From positions 424,824,001 to 424,888,000 of the forward strand of contig OZ024740.1 of assembly GCA_964016885.1 (NCBI GenBank): DNA of 64,000 bases, given 5' to 3'. This document shows positions 13,794 to 28,437 of the stretch, piece by piece. This DNA comes from Eledone cirrhosa (lineage: Eukaryota). The translations under genes and the position numbers were made by a program. The notes beneath the pieces were generated by a model. The model saw only the letters and a program-made list of their open reading frames with translations. It did not search any database and was not told where the DNA came from. Position 1 is the stretch's first letter, and each line of letters starts with the position of its first letter.

Positions 13794-13985
13794 ATTTTTA
13801 ATATAGAAATGGCTTCTACAGGACTAAAACTGTTTCATTCGAAGGAAATCATGAGGGCTTGACGATTTCCTTCGAATGAAACAGTTCTAGTCCTGTAGAA
13901 GCCATTTCTATATTGAAAACTTATACTCTGCTATGTATTGAATACCTTACTTACTATAGTTACCTCCGATTAAACCCGTGATACA
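13794..13985. mobile_element. Hairpin element family E with hammerhead motif at apex
   Basis: Inverted arms 13801-13850 and 13864-13914. The right arm starts tTGACGA-tttccttcgaat-GAAAcagttctaGTC. A related 3' end lies at 16871-16955. Confidence 0.65.
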
Positions 13986-14021
13986 CATATATGTATGTAT
14001 ATAGCCGTCTAAACGGCTTGA

Positions 14022-14082
14022 GCACTGCCGTCGGTGTCAAACATTTCCCTATTACCCACTCTACTACCCTAAGTATTGATAC
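14022..14082 (+). mobile_element. Family A fragment
   Basis: tagccgtctaaacggcttgagc...cctattacccactctactaccctaagtattga matches 61197-61274. Confidence 0.7.
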
Positions 14083-14153
14083 ACACACACACACATATAT
14101 ATATGTATATATATGAATATACACATACACACCCACACACACGCATATATATG

Positions 14154-14197
<44 letters not shown>

Positions 14198-14751
14198 TAG
14201 TTTATAATGATGCTGTACTCATTGGTGGTATCGGTAGAGCATCCGGCAAATGCTTCGCGACATAGTACATATCTATCTATCTATTTATGTGTGTGTGCAT
14301 ATATATATATATAAACATATATGTGTAGACACACACAACACTCAGACATAGAGACTAGAAGGAGTGGAGTGGAGATCTGGCACGCGATGAAGTTACAACT
14401 CTCAGCACCGCAGTGTTTGGTACTAGGTGTGTTTCTTTGAACTTTCCAAGAGAACACAACTGCAGGAAGCGTGTAAAACTGACATTGACGTAAGTCAACC
14501 TACCATACTGCTAAATTCTGCATAACTACCGAGCTGGTGACGAGCTTATGTGTCTATATATGTATATAGTATGTATGTATGTTTGTATGTATGTATGTAT
14601 GTATTTATATATGTATATATGTTTGTATGTATATATGTATGTGTATATATATATTTGTATGTATGTATGTATCTACATTTGCATACAAAGACGTATATAT
14701 TTATATACGTTTGCATATATACATAAACATATAGGAATACATATAGATTGC

Positions 14752-14794
<43 letters not shown>

Positions 14795-14919
14795 CGTAAA
14801 CACAACAGCGAGTGGCACAATTTAATGTGGTTAGTTTCGTGTAGATCAAGAAGTCTTATTTCGCATCGTCTAACTTATTGGCACAGCACAAGCAAGTGAA
14901 TAACGGTTTATGTATATAC

Positions 14920-14975
<56 letters not shown>

Positions 14976-14989
14976 ACGTGTGTGTGTTT

Positions 14990-15022
<33 letters not shown>

Positions 15023-15034
15023 GTGTGTATTATA

Positions 15035-15078
<44 letters not shown>

Positions 15079-15119
15079 TATATATATGTATATATATATC
15101 TATGTGTATTATATATATG

Positions 15120-15158
<39 letters not shown>

Positions 15159-15875
15159 TTGTGTTTGTGTGTTTGTGTTTGTGGGTGGGTGTATATATTA
15201 TATATATTTACGTGTATGATTATGTGTGTCTGTTAGTGTCTGTGTGTATGTTGTCAGATACCAGTATACATACATACACAAATATACCTATATATGTATG
15301 TATGAATGTATATATATATATGTATGTATGACTATATATATGTATATGTATATATGATGTATGTATATGTATTTATATGTATGTATGCATGTATATATGT
15401 ATATATTTATATATACGTATATATATATAGGTATATATATATATATGAGATACGATCACCGAATGAACGAATTAGTAACATAGTAAGAAATTGACAGATA
15501 GTGAGTGAAAGTGAAACTGTGTATGTGGTGATGGGGAGAGAGAGAGAGGGAGGGAGATAGAGGGGAGAAAGTGAGAGAGAAAGAGGGTGAGAGAGAGGGA
15601 GAGAGAGGTAGAGAGAGAGAGGGAGAGAAAGAGTACGTATGAGTAAAAGAGAGAAATATGTAGCTAAAGTGATGGAGGGAGAGAGAGAGTTATGATATGT
15701 GTTAGCAAGGTCAGGTAAATTGCTTCATTTCACTCAATACTCCAGCCTGACATAACAGATTTCAGACTTTCACTTTCGGTTTAACGGAGGCAGCTATGTC
15801 TTCTTCCGGTCTTGTTGCTGCTATTCCACAGAATGAACCTTTGCCTCTTATATTTAATTGTCTGTCTGTCTGTCA

Positions 15876-15973
<98 letters not shown>

Positions 15974-16302
15974 AGATCAAAAGATGGTTAAAAGAGTTCC
16001 ATGTATTTTATTATGCGCATTTCAAAAACAAATATCATCATGCAATAACATTTGTGTTTTCATCAGATAAAATAGGAAGACATGATATAAAGGTTAACAA
16101 ACACTTGTGAATAGTGCAGTTTTAAATCAACATATCAATAAAACTCACCTCCTACATTATATATATAAATAGAATTAATACATCTACCAACATATGCGTA
16201 CAAATATTATGCGTCATATTATCCCATTACAGAAACTAATTAGTTGGAGTGAAAATTTTAGTAAGTTAAATTTTAATTTTTAAAATTTTCTTACTTTACG
16301 TC

Positions 16303-16547
<245 letters not shown>

Positions 16548-17042
16548 TAATAAATGGAAACTATATTTATAAAACCATATTTATTTTATTATACATATTT
16601 CAAGGGCCACTAAGGCAAATTATGGTGCGCTTTCATCAGATAAAATACAGATTGTTTTCATAAATAAAAATTGACATACCCGGAAAAAAAGACAACCTTA
16701 ACGGTTGAAGCTTCCCGTATAGTGGAGATAGTACATTTATTGAGGGTGATTGAAAATTATGAGGGAGTATGCAAATGAGTGTCCGAAAGTTTGAAAAGAT
16801 AACGGTTTATTTAAATTAAACTGTTGGAAGAAGATTACCTGTTGAGTGCTTTATATCAGTTATAAAAATGTTTTCTATATTAAATATTTATACTCTGCTA
16901 TGTATTGAGTACATTACTTATTGTGGTTACCCCCGATTGAACACAGGATTAACACACACATTTATATATACATATATATATGTATATATAGAGAGCTAAG
17001 GCCTCCTTCGGTCAAGGCTGACCATAGGTAGTAACCGGTTTT

Positions 17043-20000
17043 CAGCTCGGCTGGAGCAGTGTCTCCGGTGGTTACACAGACTTATACGTGAGTGATAGTG
17101 TCAGCACAGCTGGAGCAGTGTCTCCGGTGGTTAAACAGACTTATACGTGAGTGATAGTGTCAGCTCAGCTGGAGCAGTGTCTCCGGTGGTTAAACAGACT
17201 TATACGTGAGTGATAGTGTCAGCACAGCTGGAGCAGTGTCTCCGGTGGTTAAACAGACTTATACGTGAGTGATAGTGTCAGCACAGCTGGAGCAGTGTCT
17301 CCGGTGGCTAAACAGACTTATACGTGAGTGATAGTGTCAGCTCAGCTGGAGCAGTGTCTCCCGTGGTTAAACAGAGTTACACGTGAGTGATAGTGTCAGC
17401 ACAGCTGGAGCAGTGTCTCCGGTGGTTAAACAGAGTTATAGGTGAGTGATAGTGTCAGCTCAGCTGGAGCAGTGTCTCCGGTGGTTAAACAGACTTATAC
17501 GTGAGTGATAGTGTCAGCTCAGCTGGAGCAGTGTCTCCCGTGGTTAAACAGACTTATACGTGAGTGATAGTGTCAGCACAGCTGGAGCAGTGTCTCCGGT
17601 GGCTAAACAGACTTATACGTGAGTGATAGTGTCAGCTCAGCTGGAGCAGTGTCTCCCGTGGTTAAACAGAGTTACACGTGAGTGATAGTGTCAGCACAGC
17701 TGGAGCAGTGTCTCCGGTGGTTAAACAGAGTTATAGGTGAGTGATAGTGTCAGCTCAGCTGGAGCAGTGTCTCCGGTGGTTAAACAGACTTATACGTGAG
17801 TGATAGTGTCAGCTCAGCTGGAGCAGTGTCTCCGGTGGTTAAACAGAGTTATAGGTGAGTGATAGTGTCAGCTCAGCTGGAGCAGTGTCTCCGGTGGTTA
17901 AACAGACTTATACGTGAGTGATAGTGTCAGCTCAGCTGGAGCAGTGTCTCCGGTGGTTAAACAGAGTTATAGGTGAGTGATAGTGTCAGCTCAGCTGGAG
18001 CAGTGTCTCCGGTGGTTAAACAGACTTATACGTGAGTGATAGTGTCAGCTCAGCTGGAGCAGTGTCTCCGGTGGTTAAACAGACTTATACGTGAGTGATA
18101 GTGTCAGCACAGCTGGAGCAGTGTCTCCGGTGGTTAAACAGACTTATACGTGAGTGATAGTGTCAGCTCAGCTGGAGCAGTGTCTCCGGTGGTTAAACAG
18201 ACTTATACGTGAGTGATAGTGTCAGCACAGCTGGAGCAGTGTCTCCGGTGGTTAAACAGACTTATACGTGAGTGATAGTGTCAGCACAGCTGGAGCAGTG
18301 TCTCCGGTGGTTAAACAGAGTTATACGTGAGTGATAGTGTCAGCACAGCTGGAGCAGTGTCTCCGGTGGTTAAACAGACTTATACGTGAGTGATAGTGTC
18401 AGCTCAGCTGGAGCAGTGTCTCCGGTGGTTAAACAGACTTATAGGTGAGTGATAGTGTCAGCTCAGCTGGAGCAGTGTCTCCGGTGGTTAAACAGACTTA
18501 TACGTGAGTGATAGTGTCAGCACAGCTGGAGCAGTGTCTCCCGTGGTTAAACAGACTTATACGTGAGTGATAGTGTCAGCACAGCTGGAGCAGTGTCTCC
18601 GGTGGTTAAACAGACTTATAGGTGAGTGATAGTGTCAGCACAGCTGGAGCAGTGTCTCCGGTGGCATAAACAGACTTATACGTGAGTGATAGTGTCAGCT
18701 CAGCTGGAGCAGTGTCTCCGGTGGCATAAACAGACTTATACGTGAGTGATAGTGTCAGCTCAGCTGGAGCAGTGTCTCCGGTGGTTAAACAGACTTATAC
18801 GTGAGTGATAGTGTCAGCACAGCTGGAGCAGTGTCTCCGGTGGTTAAACAGACTTATAGGTGAGTGATAGTGTCAGCTCAGCTGGAGCAGTGTCTCCGGT
18901 GGTTAAACAGACTTATACGTGAGTGATAGTGTCAGCTCAGCTGGAGCAGTGTCTCCGGTGGTTAAACAGACTTATACGTGAGTGATAGTGTCAGCTCAGC
19001 TGGAGCAGTGTCTCCGGTGGTTAAACAGACTTATATGTGAGTGATAGTGTCAGCACAGCTGGAGCAGTGTCTCCGGTGGTTAAACAGACTTATAGGTGAG
19101 TGATAGTGTCAGCACAGCTGGAGCAGTGTCTCCGGTGGCATAAACAGACTTATACGTGAGTGATAGTGTCAGCTCAGCTGGAGCAGTGTCTCCGGTGGTT
19201 AAACAGACTTATACGTGAGTGATAGTGTCAGCACAGCTGGAGCAGTGTCTCCGGTGGCTAAACAGTCTTATACGTGAGTGATAGTGTCAGTTCAGCTGGA
19301 GCAGTGTCTCCCGTGGTTAAACAGAGTTATACGTGAGTGATAGTGTCAGCTCAGCTGGAGCAGTGTCTCCCGTGGTTAAACAGAGTTATACGTGAGTGAT
19401 AGTGTCAGCTCAGCTGGAGCAGTGTCTCCCGTGGTTAAACAGAGTTACACGTGAGTGATAGTGTCACCTCAGCTGGAGCAGTGTCTCCCGTGGCTAAACA
19501 GAGTTATACGTGAGTGATAGTGTCAATTCAGCTGGAGCAGTGTCTCTCGTGGTTAAACAGACTTATACGTGAGTGATAGTGTCAGCTCAGCTGGAGCAGT
19601 GTCTCCGGTGGTTAAACAGACTTATACGTGAGTGATAGTGTCAGCTCAGCTGGAGCAGTGTCTCCGGTGGTTAAACAGAGTTATACGTGAGTGATAGTGT
19701 CAGCTCAGCTGGAGCAGTGTCTCCGGTGGTTAAACAGAGTTATACGTGAGTGATAGTGTCAGTTCAGCTGGAGCAGTGTCTCCGGTGGTTAAACAGACTT
19801 ATACGTGAGTGATAGTGTCAGCACAGCTGGAGCAGTGTCTCCGGTGGTTAAACAGAGTTATACGTGAGTGATAGTGTCAGTTCAGCTGGAGCAGTGTCTC
19901 CCGTGGTTAAACAGAGTTATACGTGAGTGATAGTGTCAGTTCAGCTGGAGCAGTGTCTCCCGTGGTTAAACAGAGTTATACGTGAGTGATAGTGTCAGCT

Positions 20001-23000
20001 CAGCTGGAGCAGTGTCTCCGGTGGTTAAACAGAGTTATACGTGAGTGATAGTGTCAGCTCAGCTGGAGCAGTGTCTCCCGTGGTTAAACAGAGTTATACG
20101 TGAGTGATAGTGTCAGCTCAGCTGGAGCAGTGTCTCCCGTGGTTAAACAGACTTATACGTGAGTGATAGTGTCAGCTCAGCTGGAGCAGTGTCTCCGGTG
20201 GTTAAACAGACTTATACGTGAGTGATAGTGTCAGCTCAGCTGGAGCAGTGTCTCCGGTGGTTAAACAGACTTATACGTGAGTGATAGTGTCAGCTCAGCT
20301 GGAGCAGTGTCTCCGGTGGCTAAACAGACTTATACGTGAGTGATAGTGTCAGCACAGCTGGAGCAGTGTCTCCCGTGGTTAAACAGAGTTATACGTGAGT
20401 GATAGTGTCAGCTCAGCTGGAGCAGTGTCTCCGGTGGTTAAACAGACTTATACGTGAGTGATAGTGTCAGCACAGCTGGAACAGTGTCTCCGGTGGTTAA
20501 ACAGAGTTATACGTGAGTGATAGTGTCAGCTCAGCTGGAGCAGTGTCTCCCGTGGTTAAACAGAGTTATACGTGAGTGATAGTGTCAGCTCAGCTGGAGC
20601 AGTGTCTCCGGTGGCTAAACAGACTTATACGTGAGTGATAGTGTCAGCTCAGCTGGAGCAGTGTCTCCGGTGGCTAAACAGACTTATACGTGAGTGATAG
20701 TGTCAGCACAGCTGGAGCAGTGTCTCCGGTGGTTAAACAGACTTATACGTGAGTGATAGTGTCAGCTCAGCTGGAGCAGTGTCTCCCGTGGTTAAACAGA
20801 CTTATATGTGAGTGATAGTGTCAGCTCAGCTGGAGCAGTGTCTCCGGTGGCTAAACAGACTTATACGTGAGTGATAGTGTCAGCTCAGCTGGAGCAGTGT
20901 CTCCCGTGGTTAAACAGACTTATATGTGAGTGATAGTGTCAGCTCAGCTGGAGCAGTGTCTCCGGTGGCTAAACAGACTTATACGTGAGTGATAGTGTCA
21001 GCTCAGCTGGAGCAGTGTCTCCCGTGGTTAAACAGAGTTATACGTGAGTGATAGTGTCAGCTCAGCTGGAGCAGTGTCTCCGGTGGTTAAACAGAGTTAT
21101 AGGTGAGTGATAGTGTCAGCACAGCTGGAGCAGTGTCTCCGGTGGTTAAACAGACTTATAGGTGAGTGATAGTGTCAGCTCAGCTGGAGCAGTGTCTCCC
21201 GTGGTTAAACAGACTTATATGTGAGTGATAGTGTCAGCTCAGCTGGAGCAGTGTCTCCGGTGGCTAAACAGACTTATACGTGAGTGATAGTGTCAGCTCA
21301 GCTGGAGCAGTGTCTCCGGTGGTTAAACAGACTTATACGTGAGTGATAGTGTCAGCTCAGCTGGAGCAGTGTCTCCGGTGGTTAAACAGAGTTATAGGTG
21401 AGTGATAGTGTCAGCTCAGCTGGAGCAGTGTCTCCGGTGGTTAAACACAGTTATAGGTGAGTGATAGTGTCAGCACAGCTGGAGCAGTGTCTCCGGTGGC
21501 TAAACAGACTTATACGTGAGTGATAGTGTCAGCTCAGCTGGAGCAGTGTCTCCGGTGGTTAAACAGACTTATACGTGAGTGATAGTGTCAGCACAGCTGG
21601 AGCAGTGTCTCCGGTGGCTAAACAGACTTATACGTGAGTGATAGTGTCAGCACAGCTGGAGCAGTGTCTCCGGTGGCTAAACAGACTTATACGTGAGTGA
21701 TAGTGTCAGCACAGCTGGAGCAGTGTCTCCGGTGGTTAAACAGAGTTATAGGTGAGTGATAGTGTCAGCTCAGCTGGAGCAGTGTCTCCGGTGGTTAAAC
21801 AGACTTATACGTGAGTGATAGTGTCAGCACAGCTGGAGCAGTGTCTCCGGTGGCTAAACAGACTTATACGTGAGTGATAGTGTCAGCACAGCTGGAGCAG
21901 TGTCTCCGGTGGTTAAACAGAGTTATAGGTGAGTGATAGTGTCAGCTCAGCTGGAGCAGTGTCTCCGGTGGCTAAACAGACTTATACGTGAGTGATAGTG
22001 TCAGCACAGCTGGAGCAGTGTCTCCGGTGGCTAAACAGACTTATACGTGAGTGATAGTGTCAGCACAGCTGGAGCAGTGTCTCCGGTGGTTAAACAGAGT
22101 TATAGGTGAGTGATAGTGTCAGCTCAGCTGGAGCAGTGTCTCCGGTGGTTAAACAGACTTATACGTGAGTGATAGTGTCAGCTCAGCTGGAGCAGTGTCT
22201 CCGGTGGTTAAACAGAGTTATAGGTGAGTGATAGTGTCAGCTCAGCTGGAGCAGTGTCTCCGGTGGTTAAACAGACTTATACGTGAGTGATAGTGTCAGC
22301 TCAGCTGGAGCAGTGTCTCCGGTGGTTAAACAGACTTATACGTGAGTGATAGTGTCAGCACAGCTGGAGCAGTGTCTCCGGTGGTTAAACAGACTTATAC
22401 GTGAGTGATAGTGTCAGCTCAGCTGGAGCAGTGTCTCCGGTGGTTAAACAGACTTATACGTGAGTGATAGTGTCAGCACAGCTGGAGCAGTGTCTCCGGT
22501 GGTTAAACAGACTTATACGTGAGTGATAGTGTCAGCTCAGCTGGAGCAGTGTCTCCGGTGGTTAAACAGAGTTATACGTGAGTGATAGTGTCAGCACAGC
22601 TGGAGCAGTGTCTCCGGTGGCATAAACAGACTTATACGTGAGTGATAGTGTCAGCTCAGCTGGAGCAGTGTCTCCGGTGGTTAAACAGACTTATACGTGA
22701 GTGATAGTGTCAGCACAGCTGGAGCAGTGTCTCCGGTGGTTAAACAGACTTATAGGTGAGTGATAGTGTCAGCACAGCTGGAGCAGTGTCTCCGGTGGTT
22801 AAACAGAGTTATACGTGAGTGATAGTGTCAGCACAGCTGGAGCAGTGTCTCCGGTGGTTAAACAGACTTATACGTGAGTGATAGTGTCAGCTCAGCTGGA
22901 GCAGTGTCTCCGGTGGTTAAACAGACTTATAGGTGAGTGATAGTGTCAGCTCAGCTGGAGCAGTGTCTCCGGTGGTTAAACAGACTTATAGGTGAGTGAT

Positions 23001-26000
23001 AGTGTCAGCTCAGCTGGAGCAGTGTCTCCGGTGGTTAAACAGACTTATACGTGAGTGATAGTGTCAGCACAGCTGGAGCAGTGTCTCCCGTGGTTAAACA
23101 GACTTATACGTGAGTGATAGTGTCAGCACAGCTGGAGCAGTGTCTCCGGTGGTTAAACAGACTTATAGGTGAGTGATAGTGTCAGCACAGCTGGAGCAGT
23201 GTCTCCGGTGGCTAAACAGACTTATACGTGAGTGATAGTGTCAGCACAGCTGGAGCAGTGTCTCCGGTGGCATAAACAGACTTATACGTGAGTGATAGTG
23301 TCAGCTCAGCTGGAGCAGTGTCTCCGGTGGTTAAACAGACTTATACGTGAGTGATAGTGTCAGCACAGCTGGAGCAGTGTCTCCGGTGGTTAAACAGACT
23401 TATACGTGAGTGATAGTGTCAGCTCAGCTGGAGCAGTGTCTCCGGTGGTTAAACAGACTTATACGTGAGTGATAGTGTCAGCACAGCTGGAGCAGTGTCT
23501 CCGGTGGCTAAACAGTCTTATACGTGAGTGATAGTGTCAGTTCAGCTGGAGCAGTGTCTCCGGTGGTTAAACAGAGTTATACGTGAGTGATAGTGTCAGC
23601 TCAGCTGGAGCAGTGTCTCCCGTGGTTAAACAGAGTTATACGTGAGTGATAGTGTCAGCTCAGCTGGAGCAGTGTCTCCCGTGGTTAAACAGAGTTATAC
23701 GTGAGTGATAGTGTCAGCTCAGCTGGAGCAGTGTCTCTCGTGGTTAAACAGACTTATACGTGAGTGATAGTGTCAGCTCAGCTGGAGCAGTGTCTCCGGT
23801 GGTTAAACAGAGTTATACGTGAGTGATAGTGTCAGTTCAGCTGGAGCAGTGTCTCCTGTGGTTAAACAGAGTTATACGTGAGTGATAGTGTCAGCTCAGC
23901 TAGAGCAGTGTCTCCGGTGGTTAAACAGTCTTATACGTGAGTGATAGTGTCAGTTCAGCTGGAGCAGTGTCTCCCGTGGCTAAACAGACTTATACGTGAG
24001 TGATAGTGTCAGCTCAGCTGGAGCAGTGTCTCCCGTGGTTAAACAGACTTATACGTGAGTGATAGTGTCAGCTCAGCTGGAGCAGTGTCTCCGGTGGTTA
24101 AACAGACTTATACGTGAGTGATAGTGTCAGCTCAGCTGGAGCAGTGTCTCCGGTGGTTAAACAGACTTATACGTGAGTGATAGTGTCAGCTCAGCTGGAG
24201 CAGTGTCTCCGGTGGCTAAACAGACTTATACGTGAGTGATAGTGTCAGCACAGCTGGAACAGTGTCTCCGGTGGTTAAACAGAGTTATACGTGAGTGATA
24301 GTGTCAGCTCAGCTGGAGCAGTGTCTCCCGTGGTTAAACAGAGTTATACGTGAGTGATAGTGTCAGCTCAGCTGGAGCAGTGTCTCCCGTGGTTAAACAG
24401 AGTTATAGGTGAGTGATAGTGTCAGCTCAGCTGGAGCAGTGTCTCCGGTGGTTAAACAGACTTATACGTGAGTGATAGTGTCAGCACAGCTGGAGCAGTG
24501 TCTCCGGTGGTTAAACAGAGTTATACGTGAGTGATAGTGTCAGCTCAGCTGGAGCAGTGTCTCCCGTGGTTAAACAGAGTTATAGGTGAGTGATAGTGTC
24601 AGCTCAGCTGGAGCAGTGTCTCCCGTGGTTAAACAGACTTATACGTGAGTGATAGTGTCAGCACAGCTGGAGCAGTGTCTCCGGTGGTTAAACAGAGTTA
24701 TAGGTGAGTGATAGTGTCAGCTCAGCTGGAGCAGTGTCTCCCGTGGTTAAACAGAGTTATAGGTGAGTGATAGTGTCAGCTCAGCTGGAGCAGTGTCTCC
24801 CGTGGTTAAACAGACTTATATGTGAGTGATAGTGTCAGCTCAGCTGGAGCAGTGTCTCCGGTGGCTAAACAGACTTATACGTGAGTGATAGTGTCAGCTC
24901 AGCTGGAGCAGTGTCTCCGGTGGTTAAACAGACTTATACGTGAGTGATAGTGTCAGCACAGCTGGAGCAGTGTCTCCGGTGGTTAAACAGACTTATACGT
25001 GAGTGATAGTGTCAGCACAGCTGGAGCAGTGTCTCCGGTGGTTAAACAGACTTATAGGTGAGTGATAGTGTCAGCTCAGCTGGAGCAGTGTCTCCGGTGG
25101 TTAAACAGACTTATACGTGAGTGATAGTGTCAGCTCAGCTGGAGCAGTGTCTCCGGTGGTTAAACAGACTTATACGTGAGTGATAGTGTCAGCTCAGCTG
25201 GAGCAGTGTCTCCGGTGGTTAAACAGACTTATACGTGAGTGATAGTGTCAGCTCAGCTGGAGCAGTGTCTCCCGTGGTTAAACAGACTTATACGTGAGTG
25301 ATAGTGTCAGCACAGCTGGAGCAGTGTCTCCGGTGGTTAAACAGACTTATACGTGAGTGATAGTGTCAGCTCAGCTGGAGCAGTGTCTCCGGTGGTTAAA
25401 CAGAGTTATACGTGAGTGATAGTGTCAGCACAGCTGGAGCAGTGTCTCCGGTGGCTAAACAGACTTATACGTGAGTGATAGTGTCAGCACAGCTGGAGCA
25501 GTGTCTCCGGTGGCTAAACAGACTTATACGTGAGTGATAGTGTCAGCACAGCTGGAGCAGTGTCTCCGGTGGCTAAACAGAGTTATACGTGAGTGATAGT
25601 GTCAGCTCAGCTGGAGCAGTGTCTCCGGTGGTTACACAGACTTATACGTGAGTGATAGTGTCAGCTCAGCTGGAGCAGTGTCTCCGGTGGTTAAACAGAC
25701 TTATACGTGAGTGATAGTGTCAGCACAGCTGGAGCAGTGTCTCCGGTGGCTAAACAGAGTTATACGTGAGTGATAGTGTCAGCTCAGCTGGAGCAGTGTC
25801 TCCGGTGGTTAAACAGACTTATACGTGAGTGATAGTGTCAGCACAGCTGGAGCAGTGTCTCCGGTGGCTAAACAGACTTATACGTGAGTGATAGTGTCAG
25901 CACAGCTGGAGCAGTGTCTCCGGTGGCTAAACAGAGTTATACGTGAGTGATAGTGTCAGCACAGCTGGAGCAGTGTCTCCGGTGGTTAAACAGAGTTATA

Positions 26001-27050
26001 TGTGAGTGATAGTGTCAGCACAGCTGGAGCAGTGTCTCCGGTGGTTAAACAGAGTTATACGTGAGTGATAGTGTCAGCTCAGCTGGAGCAGTGTCTCCGG
26101 TGGTTACACAGACTTATACGTGAGTGATAGTGTCAGCTCAGCTGGAGCAGTGTCTCCGGTGGTTACACAGACTTATACGTGAGTGATAGTGTCAGCTCAG
26201 CTGGAGCAGTGTCTCCGGTGGTTAAACAGACTTATACGTGAGTGATAGTGTCAGCTCAGCTGGAGCAGTGTCTCCGGTGGTTAAACAGAGTTATAGGTGA
26301 GTGATAGTGTCAGCTCAGCTGGAGCAGTGTCTCCGGTGGTTAAACAGACTTATACGTGAGTGATAGTGTCAGCTCAGCTGGAGCAGTGTCTCCGGGGGTT
26401 AAACAGACTTATACGTGAGTGATAGTGTCAGCTCAGCTGGAGCAGTGTCTCCGGTGGTTAAACAGACTTATACGTGAGTGATAGTGTCAGCTCAGCTGGA
26501 GCAGTGTCTCCGGTGGTTAAACAGAGTTATAGGTGAGTGATAGTGTCAGCTCAGCTGGAGCAGTGTCTCCGGTGGTTAAACAGACTTATACGTGAGTGAT
26601 AGTGTCAGCTCAGCTGGAGCAGTGTCTCCGGTGGTTAAACAGAGTTATACGTGAGTGATAGTGTCAGCTCAGCTGGAGCAGTGTCTCCGGTGGTTAAACA
26701 GACTTATACGTGAGTGATAGTGTCAGCTCAGCTGGAGCAGTGTCTCCGGGGGTTAAACAGACTTATACGTGAGTGATAGTGTCAGCTCAGCTGGAGCAGT
26801 GTCTCCGGGGGTTAAACAGACTTATACGTGAGTGATAGTGTCAGCTCAGCTGGAGCAGTGTCTCCGGGGGTTAAACAGACTTATACGTGAGTGATAGTGT
26901 CAGCTCAGCTGGAGCAGTGTCTCCGGGGGTTAAACAGACTTATACGTGAGTGATAGTGTCAGCTCAGCTGGAGCAGTGTCTCCGGGGGTTAAACAGACTT
27001 ATACGTGAGTGATAGTGTCAGCTCAGCTGGACCAGTGTCTCCGGTGGCTA
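17043..27050 (+). repeat. 59-bp satellite/minisatellite array, about 170 units (cagctcagctggagcagtgtctccggtggttaaacagacttatacgtgagtgatagtgt)
   Basis: Head-to-tail units with no spacers. Variation is concentrated at about five sites. No ORF is listed in the track across the array. Confidence 0.98.
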
Positions 27051-27384
27051 TACTTTTATAGCTGCATCGGTGGCCTAGTTGGAGAATCATAACCGGTGTT
27101 GATCCGGTCTGAAGATCGATACTGGTCGGGAGAAGGGTTCCCCGTGAACCTTTTCAGTTTTTTACTATGGAATGTAAAATAAAAACTAAAAAAAGATTGC
27201 ATACACCTCTTGAACCCAAGACTAGCGTTACCACCGTCTCTGGTACTTACCACTGGTCCACTGAGACAACTACTAATATTTACTGAATATTCATACTTAT
27301 AAACTTACTTTCAAAACTTTCAATACAAAATGATGCGATGTCTTTCTTAATGTTATTACTCCTACTTAAGATCGACTGTATAGC

Positions 27385-27419
<35 letters not shown>

Positions 27420-27420
27420 C

Positions 27421-27568
<148 letters not shown>

Positions 27569-27579
27569 TATTATATATT

Positions 27580-27699
<120 letters not shown>

Positions 27700-27700
27700 T

Positions 27701-27772
<72 letters not shown>

Positions 27773-27781
27773 TATATATAT

Positions 27782-28000
27782 AGTAATAATAATAAATTTG
27801 AAGACTAAAATCCAAAGAGGGCTCGATAAGGATAAATATATATCAAATATATAAGAACCGTAGAGCAAATATTTATTAAAATAACAGATTAAAGTTTAAG
27901 CAAAGAATCGCTGCTTTCACCCTTAACGGGATCTTCTGAAACTAAGGGTGAATGCAGCGATTCTTTGCTTAAACTTTAATCTGTTATTTCAATAAATATA
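27782..28000. mobile_element. Hairpin element family B (HHR with CAGAAGA core), copy 1
   Basis: agtaataataataaatttgaagactaaaatcc... with inverted arms around 27940. Copies at 40055, 52158 and 53358. Confidence 0.75.
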
Positions 28001-28194
28001 TATATGTATATTGGTAAAAGGAAAAGAAAATGCTGACAAATTGTTCCCAGTGAAAAATAGTTTAATTAGGAATAAGTAAAAATTAGTAATAAGTATTGGT
28101 TAGTATTCAGGTTCAGTTTTAAGTATTTACCGGTTGCGCATTTCTAATGCTTTTCAAAAATAATTTTGAGATAGAGCACCCGTGATGTTTGCTC

Positions 28195-28308
<114 letters not shown>

Positions 28309-28437
28309 GACCTTATACACACACACATATATATATATATATATACATATATAAATTGATATATATTGTTGGTCGTTCTCAAGTGACAATATTCTTTCTG
28401 CTTTTGTGCTTTTCGAATTCTTCTTGACTGACAACAG

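Noticed and set aside
17043-27050. CRISPR array interpretation of the 59-bp repeats
   Set aside because: No unique spacers, no cas genes, eukaryotic context; it is a head-to-tail satellite.
17043-27050. HRE (TACGTG), E-box (CAGCTG) and GATA (TGATAG) motifs in most satellite units as a mega-enhancer
   Set aside because: Six-base motifs are multiplied trivially by tandem amplification, and TACGTG is itself one of the variable sites; there is no independent support.
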